From: Tetramitus jugosus
Lineage: Eukaryota > Protista > Heterolobosea
Direction of reading: 5' to 3'
Assembly: GCA_937625935.1 (NCBI GenBank)
Contig: OW569395.1
Span: 243,065-307,064 of the forward strand
DNA: 64,000 nucleotides
Shown here: in pieces, positions 12,011 through 24,802 of the stretch
Layout: each line of letters starts with the position of its first letter
Position numbering within the stretch: position 1 is the first letter of the stretch
Translations under genes and position numbers: made by a program
The notes under the pieces: generated by a model
Told to the model about the DNA's origin: nothing
Seen by the model: only the letters and a program-made list of their open reading frames with translations
Database searches by the model: none

Positions 12011-13837
12011 ATGGTATCAGTGGCTCATCTTCCATTCGATTGTCTTCATGATATTTCATCCTTCCTTGGCTTGGGTTCTGTGAGATCCTTGCTTCTCACA
12101 TGTTCGTCACTCCATGCTCAGTTGACTACATCCCATAACTCGATGTTTCTGTGGATGACTCAACTCAATTATTTTGTAATCACTGAGATTGTTGTCTTAC
12201 AAAAGGAGGAGACTGCTGGCATGAATAACCAGAGCAAGAAAAAGAGAAACAAAGTGATTCATGCATTAAACAACCAACTGACGAATCAGGAAAAGCTTTT
12301 GAAACGATACAGATCACGCATGCAGCGACAGAGAAAGGCTCGTATTGAATATGGAATGCACGAAGAAGAGGAAGGAAGCGATGAAGCAACTCATACTACT
12401 TTCTCAATTTATAATTGTTTGAAGCAATTGTACTTTTCTGGAGTGGTTCGAAGGTTGAAATCTCAAGTGAATGATATTGTGGAGCGAATGAAGGTTGCAA
12501 AATCGATCCGAGAACTATTTGTGCTGTTTGAGGAAGCTGTAAAGAACAATGATTTGAGTGTGTTCAAGAGTGGTGTAGTATTGGAGAATGAGGAGGAATT
12601 GAGGAGAATTGAACATCAAGAGGCTCTTCTATGGAACATCAAGAGTCACACCATAAGTTTTCTTTTCTATTTCCTAAGGGCAGTATTCACACTCAAGGAA
12701 GATCTTGAAAACAGTGAAGATTCTGTCTCGTTGGTGCAAAGGATCATTCACATACTTGAGCAACTGGTGAATAAGTATCGTATGAGTGCAGCTGGAAAAG
12801 GCAGTTTCGACCAGACACCACTGTCTCTCGCAATCAAAATTCGAAATTTGGATATCTTGAAAGCATTCATTGCTTTGTACAATCAAAGTATTGTCCAAGA
12901 CAAATTTGCTCAGAGTACAATGCTGTTTGATCCAAATAAGATGAGAGAGAATGCACTGACGCACTTCATGCCTCTTTCTATTGCCATCAAAGAGTGTGTT
13001 CACACAGATCTGATTGACCTCATACTTGATGAAGTGTATGAACCAAATAAGAAGGAAATGATTGAAGCTGTTTTGAACTGTCGTCCAGTTTATAGCGATC
13101 ATCATTTTTGCTCTATTCTGGATTACGACTTGTCTTGGATCAAGTCCATTATCAGCAAGTATCAAATCGATATGACGACTCTTTCAGAGAACATCTTTTG
13201 TTATGCCGTCAAAGCCAATTCATCATCGACGTACGAGTTGATCCAATACTGTTATTCACAAGGATTAAGAATAAGAAATATTCGCAAAGAAGAACGCCCT
13301 CTTGCTGATGATCCCTTCCTGCCATTATTATACAAGAATGGAGTTCAAAGAGAGGAACAAGAAGTGATAGAATGCATGGATTTGCTGTTGACTGCCGGTG
13401 GAGAATTGTACTACTTGCCAATATTTGACAGAGTAGTCATCAATAGTTTCTCCATCAAATTGTATCAATTTCTTGCGAAGAATGGAGCTGACATGAATTT
13501 AGCTGGGTTTTCAAGCTTTCCACCTCTCATGAATGTGATCTCAAGTGCTAACTATACAAGAGATAGTTTGACGAAAGCGAGATGGTTGCTTGAGTGTGGT
13601 GCTGATCCGACACTATTCTTTCTCAGCAACAATCTATATTATCAAAATTGTCACCTGAGTGCATTGCGTCTTGCTTACCACAGATTTGTGCTTGAGAATC
13701 ACTTTCCTCAAATTCTTGATCCTATCATTAAATTGTTGGCTGAATATGGAGTGACAAAAGAAACAGAGAAACTTGATCCTGATGGCCTCTCCTTTGACCA
13801 ATGGTTCGAAATTGCAAAAACAAGGTTTCTGGAATAA
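12011..13837 (+). CDS. F-box-like N-terminus + ankyrin-like repeats protein
   Basis: HLPFDCLHDISSFLGLGSVRSLLLTCSSLH (F-box-like); QTPLSLAIK, FLAKNGADMN, WLLECGADPT (ankyrin-like). Confidence 0.7.
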   Translation: MVSVAHLPFDCLHDISSFLGLGSVRSLLLTCSSLHAQLTTSHNSMFLWMTQLNYFVITEIVVLQKEETAGMNNQSKKKRNKVIHALNNQLTNQEKLLKRYRSRMQRQRKARIEYGMHEEEEGSDEATHTTFSIYNCLKQLYFSGVVRRLKSQVNDIVERMKVAKSIRELFVLFEEAVKNNDLSVFKSGVVLENEEELRRIEHQEALLWNIKSHTISFLFYFLRAVFTLKEDLENSEDSVSLVQRIIHILEQLVNKYRMSAAGKGSFDQTPLSLAIKIRNLDILKAFIALYNQSIVQDKFAQSTMLFDPNKMRENALTHFMPLSIAIKECVHTDLIDLILDEVYEPNKKEMIEAVLNCRPVYSDHHFCSILDYDLSWIKSIISKYQIDMTTLSENIFCYAVKANSSSTYELIQYCYSQGLRIRNIRKEERPLADDPFLPLLYKNGVQREEQEVIECMDLLLTAGGELYYLPIFDRVVINSFSIKLYQFLAKNGADMNLAGFSSFPPLMNVISSANYTRDSLTKARWLLECGADPTLFFLSNNLYYQNCHLSALRLAYHRFVLENHFPQILDPIIKLLAEYGVTKETEKLDPDGLSFDQWFEIAKTRFLE

Positions 13838-13874
13838 AACACAAACAAACAACAAAAGAGATTTTTTCATCTCG

Positions 13875-15296
13875 ATGCCATCCTTGATTCATCTTCCGTA
13901 TGATTGTTTGTCCGGCATCTCATCCTTCCTTGGCTTGGGTTCTGTGAGATCCTTGCTTCTCACATGTTCGTCACTCCATGCTCAGTTGACCCCATTGAAC
14001 GATTCAAAGCTCATCTGGATGACTCAGCTCAATTACTTTTTGGTTGCTGAGATTGAATTCCTGGAGATGACTGACAAGAGCAAAAGGTTCAAGAATTCGA
14101 TTTGTAAAGAAATTGACCGATTGAACAGTCAACTGAAGGATCAAGTAGAGTTTTTCAGACGACATGGGCAGAGGCAAAGGAACAAGGAGAGGTATTTCAG
14201 AAATGAAAATCAAGGAGAAAGTCAAGGAGAAACAGATGACCCTCCGCCGTACACTGCTTATTCAATCTATCGTTGTTTGAGACAATCGTGCTGTTCTGGA
14301 GTAGTCCGAAGATTGAAATTTCAAATGAATACGATCATAGAGAGAATGAAGGTTGCACCATCAATCAAAACATCGATTGAGGTATTTGAAGAAGCTGTAA
14401 AGAACAATGATTTGAGCAAGTTCAAGAGTGGTAGGACTTTGGAGAATGAAGAATTGAAGAGAATTGAACATCAAGAGCGTCTGCTCTGGTCTATCAAGAG
14501 TAACGGTAGAAGCTTCCTTTTCCATTTCCTACATTCAGTAGTTGAACAAAGGGAAGATCTTGACAACACCGAAGATTCTGACTCTTTGGTGCAAAGAATC
14601 ATTCAAATACTTGAGCAACTGGTGAATAAGTATCGTATGAGTGCAACTGGAGAACTACTGAATCTGGCAATCAAAATTCGAAATTTGGATATCTTGAAGG
14701 CATTCATTGCTTTGTACAACCAGGGTAACAACTTAACGAGAGGGTTTTTTTATCCAAGCGAGAGGAACGAGTATGTATTGCGGATTCCGCGTATACCTCT
14801 TGCTGTTGCAATCTACGAGTGTGTCCACACAGATCTGATTGACCTCATACTTGATGAAGTGTATGAGCCAAATAAGAAGGAAATGATAGAGGCTGTTTTG
14901 AACGGTCGTCCAGCTCATAACGGTCATCAGTATCTCTCTATTCTGAATTACGAATTGAGTTGGATCAAGTCCATTATCAGCAAATATCAAATCGATGTGT
15001 CAACTCTTTCGGACCACATCTTTTGTTTTGCTACTGTATCCAATTCATCATCGACGCCATATGAGTTGCTCCAATACTTTTATTCACAAGGATTACGAAT
15101 GAGCAAAGATCGCAAAGAAGTAGATGGAGACAAATATGATGAATATGTAGTATTATACAGACAAATTCCTCGTTTACTTGACCCAGACATGAAGCCTTAC
15201 CCTGGTACTTATTATGGTCCTCCTTTTGGTCAACCATTTGACCAGTGTCCCTTTGAATACTGGCTGGATATCGCGAGAAGATCGATCCCCCCGTAA
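13875..15296 (+). CDS. Tandem paralogue of the preceding F-box/ankyrin-like gene, shorter C-terminus
   Basis: ATG at 13875 (MPSLIHLPYDCL). Shares long near-identical blocks with 12011-13837, e.g. LAIKIRNLDILKAFIALYNQ and ECVHTDLIDLILDEVYEPNKKEMIEAVLN. Confidence 0.75.
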   Translation: MPSLIHLPYDCLSGISSFLGLGSVRSLLLTCSSLHAQLTPLNDSKLIWMTQLNYFLVAEIEFLEMTDKSKRFKNSICKEIDRLNSQLKDQVEFFRRHGQRQRNKERYFRNENQGESQGETDDPPPYTAYSIYRCLRQSCCSGVVRRLKFQMNTIIERMKVAPSIKTSIEVFEEAVKNNDLSKFKSGRTLENEELKRIEHQERLLWSIKSNGRSFLFHFLHSVVEQREDLDNTEDSDSLVQRIIQILEQLVNKYRMSATGELLNLAIKIRNLDILKAFIALYNQGNNLTRGFFYPSERNEYVLRIPRIPLAVAIYECVHTDLIDLILDEVYEPNKKEMIEAVLNGRPAHNGHQYLSILNYELSWIKSIISKYQIDVSTLSDHIFCFATVSNSSSTPYELLQYFYSQGLRMSKDRKEVDGDKYDEYVVLYRQIPRLLDPDMKPYPGTYYGPPFGQPFDQCPFEYWLDIARRSIPP

Positions 15297-15361
15297 ATAT
15301 ACTCGCTTTGTTGTAAATTCAAAATAAAGCACAATGTGCTGGGTTTAGCAAAAAGAGTGCT

Positions 15362-16534
15362 CTATTCTGTAAATTTGGACTGGAATCGCTTCACTACGAC
15401 CTCACAGAAAGCAGTGATTGAATTCTCAAACACTTTTCCATTTTCAGCTTGGAACAAAATATCAACAGCCACGGCAGCGTGGAAGAATTCACGATACAGC
15501 TCGAAGCCCATCAACATATGAGGTTCCATATGTCCTGCTTCGACCATGGCTGGAAACACACCTCTGTAAGCAGTCAAAAAGGTGTCTCTAAAACGATCAG
15601 CATTAAAACCTTCAATCTCTCCCAATCCCAATCCATCTTCTTCAAAGAATCGAACCATCTGCAACACTACAGCAATATCGAAACCGAAGAAATTGTGATG
15701 AGCCTGATCAAAATCGAAGATCCATAAAGTAGGTAATCGATCTGCTTCGGTGCTCTCTTCTGCAAAGTAGTTGCTCACGTTCAAATCTCCATGAATTACA
15801 CCATACACTGAGTCATGCTTCTCTCCGCATGAGGTCAAAAAAGGAGAAAGCTTTGACTCCCAAATGCTCAGCAGGATTTTAGATGCTTCATGACCTGCCT
15901 CTGCCCTTGATTTGATACGTTCAATATCGGTACCACCACCATGAGTTTCACTGCACTGTGGCATGTCCTTTTCCATTTGAGTCCACTTTTCTGGGTTGCC
16001 ACCTTTGATCGAAACAGCTTGATGCAACCTTGCTAGAGCTTGTCCCAAAGCAGCAATGATGGAATCATTGGTCAGACCACGCCACTTTTCAAGAACAGCA
16101 CTACCCTTTGCATGCTCGAAAAGCACTGCAAACCATTCCTTGTTCTTGTCTGCTTCTGCTTCATATGGTGTCACCAGAGCAATGAACTCCTCCTCCTCCT
16201 CGTTTGCATTGGATCCACAGAGTGGAATTGGAACGCACAAATGTAAGGGTACATTGGATCGATGGATGAGATTAATGTAGTCCAATTCAGCTTGAATGGC
16301 CTTTTGGGAACGATGGTCCTGTGGAGTCAATCTCAGAATGAAACATTTGTGGCTGCTCTTGTTGTCTCCCTCCTCCTGGGTTTCTTGAACCAGATAGGTA
16401 TGATTTTCTGATTGTTTGATGAGTTTCACAGTGCAATCAGATAAGCCCCATGCACTACAGATTTGCTTTCTACCTTCAGTTGAAATGTTCATTTTGTTTT
16501 TTTTGATATGAACTGGACTCTGGATTTCCGACAT
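15362..16534 (-). CDS. Aminoglycoside phosphotransferase / type II homoserine kinase-like phosphotransferase
   Basis: SENHTY, FILRL, AELDY, LGQALARLH, YGVIHGDLNVSNY (Brenner motif), IFDFD, FGFDIAV. Intronless; first ATG at 16534. Confidence 0.85.
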   Translation of the reverse strand: MSEIQSPVHIKKNKMNISTEGRKQICSAWGLSDCTVKLIKQSENHTYLVQETQEEGDNKSSHKCFILRLTPQDHRSQKAIQAELDYINLIHRSNVPLHLCVPIPLCGSNANEEEEEFIALVTPYEAEADKNKEWFAVLFEHAKGSAVLEKWRGLTNDSIIAALGQALARLHQAVSIKGGNPEKWTQMEKDMPQCSETHGGGTDIERIKSRAEAGHEASKILLSIWESKLSPFLTSCGEKHDSVYGVIHGDLNVSNYFAEESTEADRLPTLWIFDFDQAHHNFFGFDIAVVLQMVRFFEEDGLGLGEIEGFNADRFRDTFLTAYRGVFPAMVEAGHMEPHMLMGFELYREFFHAAVAVDILFQAENGKVFENSITAFCEVVVKRFQSKFTE

Positions 16535-16749
16535 GGTTGAGCTTGTGGCCAAAAAGCTCTTGGTTCAATTCTGGCATGCCGGGTGTGTGAACAGCGAAAC
16601 ATTCTCGATTATTCAACCAAAATGTGTCATTTTGGGCAACTGTGACATTAGGGATGTGAATTTGTATTCCCCTCGGAATAATGAGTGCTACTATTTTTCC
16701 GTCTTGCCTGGCTTTCCACTGCGGTGGTTCGAAAACAAAAAAAAACAAA

Positions 16750-19700
16750 ATGAACAATCAACAACAACAACAATTATCACTTTCTGGTGGTGGTGGTGGT
16801 AGTAGTGTTGTTGATTCTTCTTCAACCAACAAACAATTACGAACGCCCACTACACCCACCACACCCACTACTCCATCATCATCATCATCATTCAACAATA
16901 ATAATAGTAACAACAACAACAACAATAATATGACAACAGTGACGATCCCAAGAGACAAATACGAAGAACTCATTAAAGAATTTCAAAAGCTTCAACAACA
17001 AAACTCACTACTGAAAAGAGCCGTCATTGATGTACGTCTCACCTCCTCATTCATTCATTTTTTTTTGTATTCCAAAAAAAAAAATACAAAAAAAATTTTT
17101 TTTTCATATCATCATCATCATCAACTCACACATTTGTCTATTATTCGTTTCACAGGAGCAAAAGAAGAATAAGGCACTGAATTTGGAATTGGATCGAAAA
17201 ACGACACAACTCGAACAAAAAACGGAAGAAACAGATCGATTGGGCTACAATAATCTTCGACTCGAAAAACGATTGACTCAATTGATGTTTGATTTGGAAG
17301 AATATGAACGCAACAACAATAAGTCCATCAAATCCACCTCAATTACTCCTACCTCCGCCTCTAATACTCCGACTTCGACCAATACTCCTACTACCTCAAA
17401 CAGCAACAACAATACATCATTTTTTGGATCATTCCTATTGGGTAGTGGCAGTAACAACAACAATAACAACAGCAACAATAACAATCAACAACAATTGACC
17501 ATTAATGACTACCTCTCTCAAATCACTCAACTCAAAAAAGACATGGAAGTCATCAGTGAAGACCTCCAACACAAAATCAAGGAAAATGAACGTGTACACA
17601 TTGAATTATTCGAACTCAAATCCACCCATGAACTCTCCCTCCATCAACTCCGCGATCAAATCTCCGACTTTTCAACGAACCTTCAACAAAAGGAGAAAAA
17701 ATTGGAAGAGTGGAGCAATCGATGGGACGATGCACAAAAAAGACAACGAATCGAACGAGAGACCACTCTAGACACCATCAATCAACTCAAACAACAATTG
17801 TCCTTGCATCAAAATGCTCAAAACGAACGAAATTTGTCAATTGAAAAAATGAATCGTGAAATGAACCAATTGCGCACCATTCTCGCACAAAAAATGATGT
17901 CATTTGATGATACGCGACTCAATTGCTTGAATATTCTCAATGTGGCATCACCTGCTCGGAGTAATTCTCGAGTGGAATCGGCACGAATTGAAATGATGGA
18001 ACGAAGTGCATTGTTGAGTCGACAATTGACAAAGGGATTCGCCGGATTGTATGCCAGCATGAATTTGAAGATTCAATTGTTGAGTAAGAGCCTTTCGACG
18101 TGTCATTCTCCCACCATTAAGCACATTGCTCAACGAGTGATTTCTCCGACTGGAAATGTTCAGAACACGACAATGAATATGGATGTGAATGCATGGTTGA
18201 ACAAGTATAGTGAAGAGTTGGGTAAAGCGACAGAAACTCTCATTATGGATGCCAAACAATCATCGTCATCATGCTTGTTTTTGTTGAAAAATGATGAAAA
18301 AAAAAATTTTAGTTCAACATTGATGATGGAATGGCAAGATTTTGTACAATGCAAGAAACAACAAAAAAAGCATTGGAAAATGTGGATGAAATCATTGAAA
18401 AATTGGCTTGTTTTTCATCGTGATACTCTCCTGTATTTGGTTGTTTGTGTTCAAGATGGTGATTGTTATAGTATGGAACCACCTACTACACCTGCTAATA
18501 CTACGAATATGACGATGATGACGAATAATAATAGTAGTGGTGGTAGTAGTAGTGGTAATTATATGAAATTTCAAGAAGTGTACATGAGAATGACTCCAAT
18601 GACAAGAGTGTATAAACAATTGTATGATAGTATGGATCAGTGTGTTGAGTGTATTGATGAGAGTATCATCATGAACAACAATAACAACAACAACAATACC
18701 AACCAAAAGAATAGTAGTCATAGTAATAGTAGGAGGAATGATAATGATGATGAAAATCATCATGTTGGAGTGGAGAAACAGAGAAAGCGATCTGCATCAG
18801 CTGTTTCTTCAGGTGGTAGTTTGGTCAAGAAGCAGGAGGACATGACAAGTGAAATTCAACAAGGTGAAAATGGTGAAAATGAACAAAACGAAGCAGAAAA
18901 AACAGAAAAAATAGCGTCGTCCTCGTCAAAATTCATGCAATGCATGCAAAAAATGCAAGATGATCTCACAATGTTCATGGAAGTTGCATGCACGACGATT
19001 GCACAGGAACAAAAGGTTGTTTTTGTGTCGCCAATGATCAAATCAGCCAATGAAAAAATTACAAAATCATTGTCTGTGATTGTCAGTGTCTATAGCAACA
19101 TTTTAAAGTCGTTTCAAATGTTGACCGAATTGAATGAATCGAATCAAAAGGTGTATTCTCGTGGTGTACTGTGTGACTACTCTCAATCATCATTGAAAAC
19201 AAAAGTACGTGGTGAATTTTCACTGGATGGTAATGATGATGATGATGATGATGATGACTCGATGCAATTCTATTACAAGGACAATGACTCAGTGTTGAGT
19301 TCCATGCAATTCCGAGGTCAAAAATATTTGAGCATGTTGGGTCAGAGACAAGCGCAAGACGTGGCCAATTTTGAAAACATTTCACTGTCGGAAGCCATCA
19401 AGAATAAGCAACTTGTGGAGAAATTGAAAAAGGAATTGGATGAAATTCGAAGCAAATTATCAAGCTACGAAGAACAGATTGATGAATATGAGAGTGTCAT
19501 GGATAGTATGCGTGAGGAAGTTCGGTTGTTTGAGCGTCGATTCTATGAATGTTTTGTCAACTGGAATTTGTCTGTTCAGAGAAAGAATATGACGGAGCTC
19601 ATTTTTGAAGAATCAAAGTGGAACGACAATAAATCAAAAATGAATCTGCAGGCCTATGTAGATCAAGTGGACGATGTTTTGCAGAGGAGTTTGGAAGTGT

Positions 19701-20362
19701 TTGATACGAAATTGAAGACTCTGGTCGAGGCAAAGCAACTACTAGAAAGCAGGATCAATCACTCGCACAAGATTCGATCAAAGAAGGCTTCCGAGTCGAC
19801 GGTTGATCTCGAGCAAAACAGTGAGAATGACAATGGTGAGCAACTCGAAATTCAATCTGATGAACACAACAACAATGATGAATCAAGACTAAACCATCAT
19901 GTGAAACCGCTCTATTTATCAAAGTCTGACAAGTGCATTGTCAAGGCTCGACCAATGACACCACAAGATGAGAAACTGTTTTCACCTGCTGACATCCATC
20001 GTGAAATCAAACTCAAGGAGAAACTATCGCAACAGACGGATCATTTAATGAAACAGATTGAAATTTGCGATCTGAAAGCTGTAGAGTACCGACTACAATG
20101 GCAACAAGCTGTGATTGAGTTGGAGGAGGCCACTGAAAGAGAGAATCAACTGTCACTTCGTCTGAACGCGACTGACCAGTTGCTTCAGTTGGCGCAAGAT
20201 GACTTGCGGACACATACCATTAATTATGAGAATCAAATTCAGATTCTATCCGACAATTTGGCAGTTTTGCATCATCGTCTCGACCTGGAGGAAGAGATGA
20301 AGAACCAGCCAAACTCTATTCTATCGAACCTTTCATTCTTCACAAGAAACAATAATGACTAA
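16750..20362 (+). CDS. PPP1R21: PPP1R21 (KLRAQ-motif protein, FERRY complex scaffold) homologue; intron 17032-17155
   Basis: The spliced N-terminus KYEELIKEFQKLQQQNSLLKRAVID|EQ...DRLGYNNLRLEKRL matches the KLRAQ domain pattern. The C-terminal NYENQIQILSDNL matches the TTKRSYEDQ-type tail. GTACGT...CACAG intron is in frame. Confidence 0.8.
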
Positions 20363-20412
20363 CAGTAATACATTGAAAAAAGAACAGAGAGAGGTTCATT
20401 TTATTGACCAAT

Positions 20413-23400
20413 CTATTCCGTGTGTACATTTTCTTTGTTCAGTTCCTTATCAAATAGATCAGCGCTCTTCGGCGTCTTTCTGTTTGTGGTCGTCAGATTG
20501 GGACTGGTTTCGCTCGAGCTTAACCTCTTGGTCAACTGTTTCTCAAACTCATTGTATGAGGGCAATCGCGTGAGCTGCTTTCCAAACTCGTTGGCAGAAC
20601 CTGGTCGTGGTCTCAGCGTGTTCTGGTGATCGTTGCTGGTGAGTGGAGAGGGAAGACTTCTGTCAGCCGGTGGGCTGGCAAACAAGTTTGGACTTTGCAG
20701 GTTGAGATCTGCTTCTCTGATTCTTGATTTTAAATTTGGAATCGAATCGACGCTTGAAGGTGTTTCAGGCATCAAGGATCTAGTATGAGTTGGTGTAATG
20801 CTACGTGTCTCTGGAGTACTCTTGCTCGAGTTCGAGCTTAGGATTAGAGATGATGCAGCGCGTTTCCGAGTGTTACCATGTTGGGGACTCCGGGGAGAGA
20901 CCGAGTAGGATTTCTTAGAAGTTGACGTACTACTGGGTGTAAGGCTATTGTACACTTCATCGAGAGCAGATTTTGATGATCTGTCTGTGGAACTAGAGGC
21001 CACAGATATCGTCGACGATTTCTCTAGTGGCGAGGACTGTTCGCTAGATGGTGGTGTAAATCTGGAATAGATTCCTGATCCTGAAACAGTGCCACCCAAC
21101 TTTGTAATCTGCTCCTTTAGTTGTCTATTCTCCTCCATTACTGTCTTGTTCAACTCAAGAATTCTTCTATTCGTACTGTTGAGTTGTTCCACTTGACGCT
21201 CCAACTCCTGAGCTCTGTCTGAAGAAAGAAGGTGGGCCTTCTCCTTGAGAGATAATCGCAACCTATCCTCACTCTCAGCAGCCTTTTCCTTTTCTAGATT
21301 CATCGCCCTCTCATATGAACGAATAATTGTTGTTTTGTTCGTTACTTCTCTTTGAATCATTCTTATCTGACTTTGTAAATCAAGAATCTCGCTCTTTAGG
21401 GAACCAACTACATCTTGGCTTGCCTGCAGTTCTTGACTCATTTCTTGTTTCTCCTTCTTTACAGAGTCAAGCAACTCAGTCGTTTGTGTTAATGTGTCCT
21501 CCAAGTTTTGAATCTGAGTGGCAGTATCTCGGTTCTTTTGCTCAAGGAGCTGAATGTGACTGTTCGCTTCTCCCAACAACGTTCGATCATCAGCATGTTT
21601 TGCTTGCAGATGCTCCAATGATCTCTTGAGAGTTGCGACTTCGACTTTGAGCGAATCTGATTCCATTGTTTCAGAGTGAAGTTGCTCCTCAACTTTGGTT
21701 TTTAATTCTTTGAGTTCGTAGAATTGCCTTCTCGTCTCTTCCAATTTTTGGCTTGAACTGATCGACTGCGATTGAAGAGATTCAATCTGCGCAGTCATTC
21801 TTCTATTCTCTTCTGATACTTCAGAGCTCTTTTGTTTATGGCTAGATAATTCTCCCTCGAGAGTCACAATCGATGACCTTAATTTTTGGATAGTGTTGCT
21901 GTGCTCTGCACATTGCTCCTGATACTTATCTCTTGCCAGAGACAACTTTTCATTTTGGTCACTTAACGCAGCTACTTGAGAATTCCTGTCTTTGATTAAT
22001 CGTTCAATCTCTGTCTGATGCAACTCCTTCATTTGTTTTAACTCCAAAATATTTGCTTCTTGTGTTCTATTCATCATTAACTTGTGAAGTACCTTGGCTT
22101 TTGGGAAGTAGTGCCTTAACAGAGTATGCAACAGGACATTATTTCTTTCACTACCCTTAGCTTTAGAACTATAGTTTGTCAAAATTGTATTGATCTTATT
22201 CTCAAATTGAGTGAAAGAATCAAACTCGTTCATCTTCTTATCGAGATCAGCAAAAGACTCTGTCAGGATTCTGGAACACAACTTATTGGACGTGTCTCTA
22301 AGTACATCTCTCATCTTTGTGTAGTAATTGGCCATAAAGGTTTTCAATTGATGTTTGTATTGCTTCTTCTTTTCATCGCCGATTGAGCTGTCAATAAATA
22401 ATTTCATGGCTTGTTTAGCTTTCTCGTTATGGATTGCCTCCAAAGCATCAATCTCTAAAATTCCATTCTCACTAATGGTCTGTTCAATCGCTTGCTTATA
22501 GAATTTGGTTGCTCTTGACAGAGCAGATTCACATTCTGATTGAACAATGTTGTCCCAACAGCTTTCGATGACAATACCTCCCTCGTTCATTGCCTTTGTG
22601 TAATGGTTACAAAGAGAGATAAAAGTTCTTCCAGTCAAGACGTCCGATTGGATTCTCTTTGGTTGAATCTTGTTAAATATTTTCTGTTTGAGTTCGTCTA
22701 TTCGGTTTAAAAATTCAGAGCGCAAGTCATCTCGAGTGGCATTCGCCAACTTCTTCTCTTCGAAAATGGGTCTAACGATGGTGAAACATTCTCTCTCTAG
22801 AAAGTAGTCCTTTAGGATTTGCTTCACATTACGTTTTGAAGAGTCCGTATCTTCCGTTGATTGCAGTGCCAATTCCAGGTAATCATTATCAGTCATTGTT
22901 TCCCCTCCTTTGGACACCAACTCGAGACTAAAATCCCTCACGAGCCACATGAATGATGGAAAGAACTGAGCTAGCTCTCTCGCATCAGACATTGCTTGTT
23001 CGTTAGAAAATGATCTCTTGGCCCTAGTTCTCACGAGCTTTGATAGCTCAGCTACGATAGCTAACCGACTAATCGCAGTCTCATCAATAGTACCCATGCT
23101 ATTGTAAATAAATAATGAGCTCAACAACAGTCCTAGAGAAAAGATCTATTGGAAAGAAAAGTTAAAACTCTTGTAAGCAACAGTTGGCAACAACAATAGA
23201 AAACAACATACTTGATGATCATATGTTTCATTGGCTTGAAAGGAACCTAATCCCTCAGTATCAACGAGTAACAACTGAAAAGAACCAAATTGGTTTCGAA
23301 TGGGTATCAATTTGCCCCAAACCCAGAGACCCTTGGTACATGGATGAACAGTAGGACCAATTTCGAACCCATCTCTCATTCTACCAAGAAACTGATTCAA

Positions 23401-23544
23401 AATGAAACTTTTTCCCGTTCTCGATAAACCTGCTATGCACAACACAGCGATAGGACCATCAACTTGAGCAATTAAAGAAGCTGTTTGGTCATCGACAACG
23501 AACCCTTCATCAGTAAGGGTTATTAGAGGTAATGCACAGTCCAT
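20413..23544 (-). CDS. Guanylate-binding protein (GBP/atlastin family) with long coiled coil; intron 23146-23211
   Basis: GLSRTGKSFILNQ (P-loop), TKGLWVW, LLVDTEGLG, YDHQ|IFSLGLLLSSLFIYNS, FPSFMWLVRDF. GTATGT...AATAG intron is in frame. Confidence 0.9.
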
Positions 23545-23774
23545 GTTGTTGCTGTTGGCATTCAATAGGATAGGACGACCTTTCTTTCACCGTTTTTTTT
23601 TTCAATTCTTGTGTGCTCGATCGTTTGATGGCGCGCCAGATTCTGAGCGCCAAACACTTACTGTAAACAGCGTTTCTGTAACCGTTATCCAAATGTACAA
23701 AATTTGGAAATGGGAGCTTTTTCAGAGATGTTTCCCTTGTGATTTAACCGAGAGATCTCGCCACACATAAAATA

Positions 23775-24576
23775 ATGATGAAACGAGGTGAGCCTGGACA
23801 CATTATCGCTGCTCAAGTAAGTACTCAATAGAATTCACCTGGCGGTAATGATTTCATTCATGTTCATATGACTAATAAGTATCTTACATCTTGTTTTGTA
23901 GAGACAACTTGAGAATGCACAGCCCGTGCGAACCGGAAGGAAGCATATTGGATCTAATTCTGCCCGACCATCCTCTGCAACGTCATCGATTCTACCTGTT
24001 TCTAACCATGTTCCTATCACATCTGTTAGCAGAAGACCATCGACTGCGAGCTCCTTGAGCAACATCCTTGCCCACAATGGTGAAAGTATTGCTCAAGCTA
24101 CTCAGTTAAGAACTGGAAGAAGAGTTGCTGTTCACTCCTCCTCGTCTGCATCCTCTCTTGATAACCCACTGGCTACAACTAGGCAACAAACCCGTGCGAG
24201 TGCCACCTCAGAGACCATTGGTGCTCCTCCGGCTCCCTCCTCTTCAGCTCAGATCAGAGCACACAATCAGGCAACAGCATCCTACAGAGGAATGTACAAG
24301 GAACAAGAGATTGCAAAGAGAAGAGAACAAGAGCAGAAAGAACGCGAGGCCATGAGAAGATCAGTACAGGAACAAATGCGACGGGAGAGTGCTCAACGGT
24401 ATGAGCAAGAAGAGCTCGTTCGCAAAGAAAACAGTGTTCAGCAACCACACGTGACACGACAGTCCAGAATAGATCCCGCAGCTACAGTTTCACAAGAAAC
24501 GATCAACCAATACCTGAGATCCAAGCCAATATGGCGCTTCAAAGACAAAGATTATGGTCAATACAAAATCTCTTGA
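23775..24576 (+). CDS. Uncharacterised S/A-rich coiled-coil protein; intron 23817-23901
   Basis: MMKRGEPGHIIAAQ|GTAAGT...TTGTAG|RQLENAQPV splices in frame into ORF 23926-24576. Confidence 0.6.
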
Positions 24577-24802
24577 ATTCTTCCACTTGTCACTTCACAT
24601 GTGACCAACCACACCTGAACAACAACAGTATCCAACCCAGAGCTTTGAACACGCAATTCCAATTCACGTGTTTTCTCGAATGTGAAAAAAATTGTTGTAA
24701 CGCACTGATTCGGAGTAAACACAAGCCACAACAAAAATTCGCGTGTTGGAAACAGAAGCTTTTTCTCCCTTCAATAAAACAACTCATTGAAAGATAAAAA
24801 AA

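Noticed and set aside
16750-19260. AAC/CAT/GAT trinucleotide runs
   Set aside because: Ordinary poly-N/S/D low-complexity coding sequence within PPP1R21.
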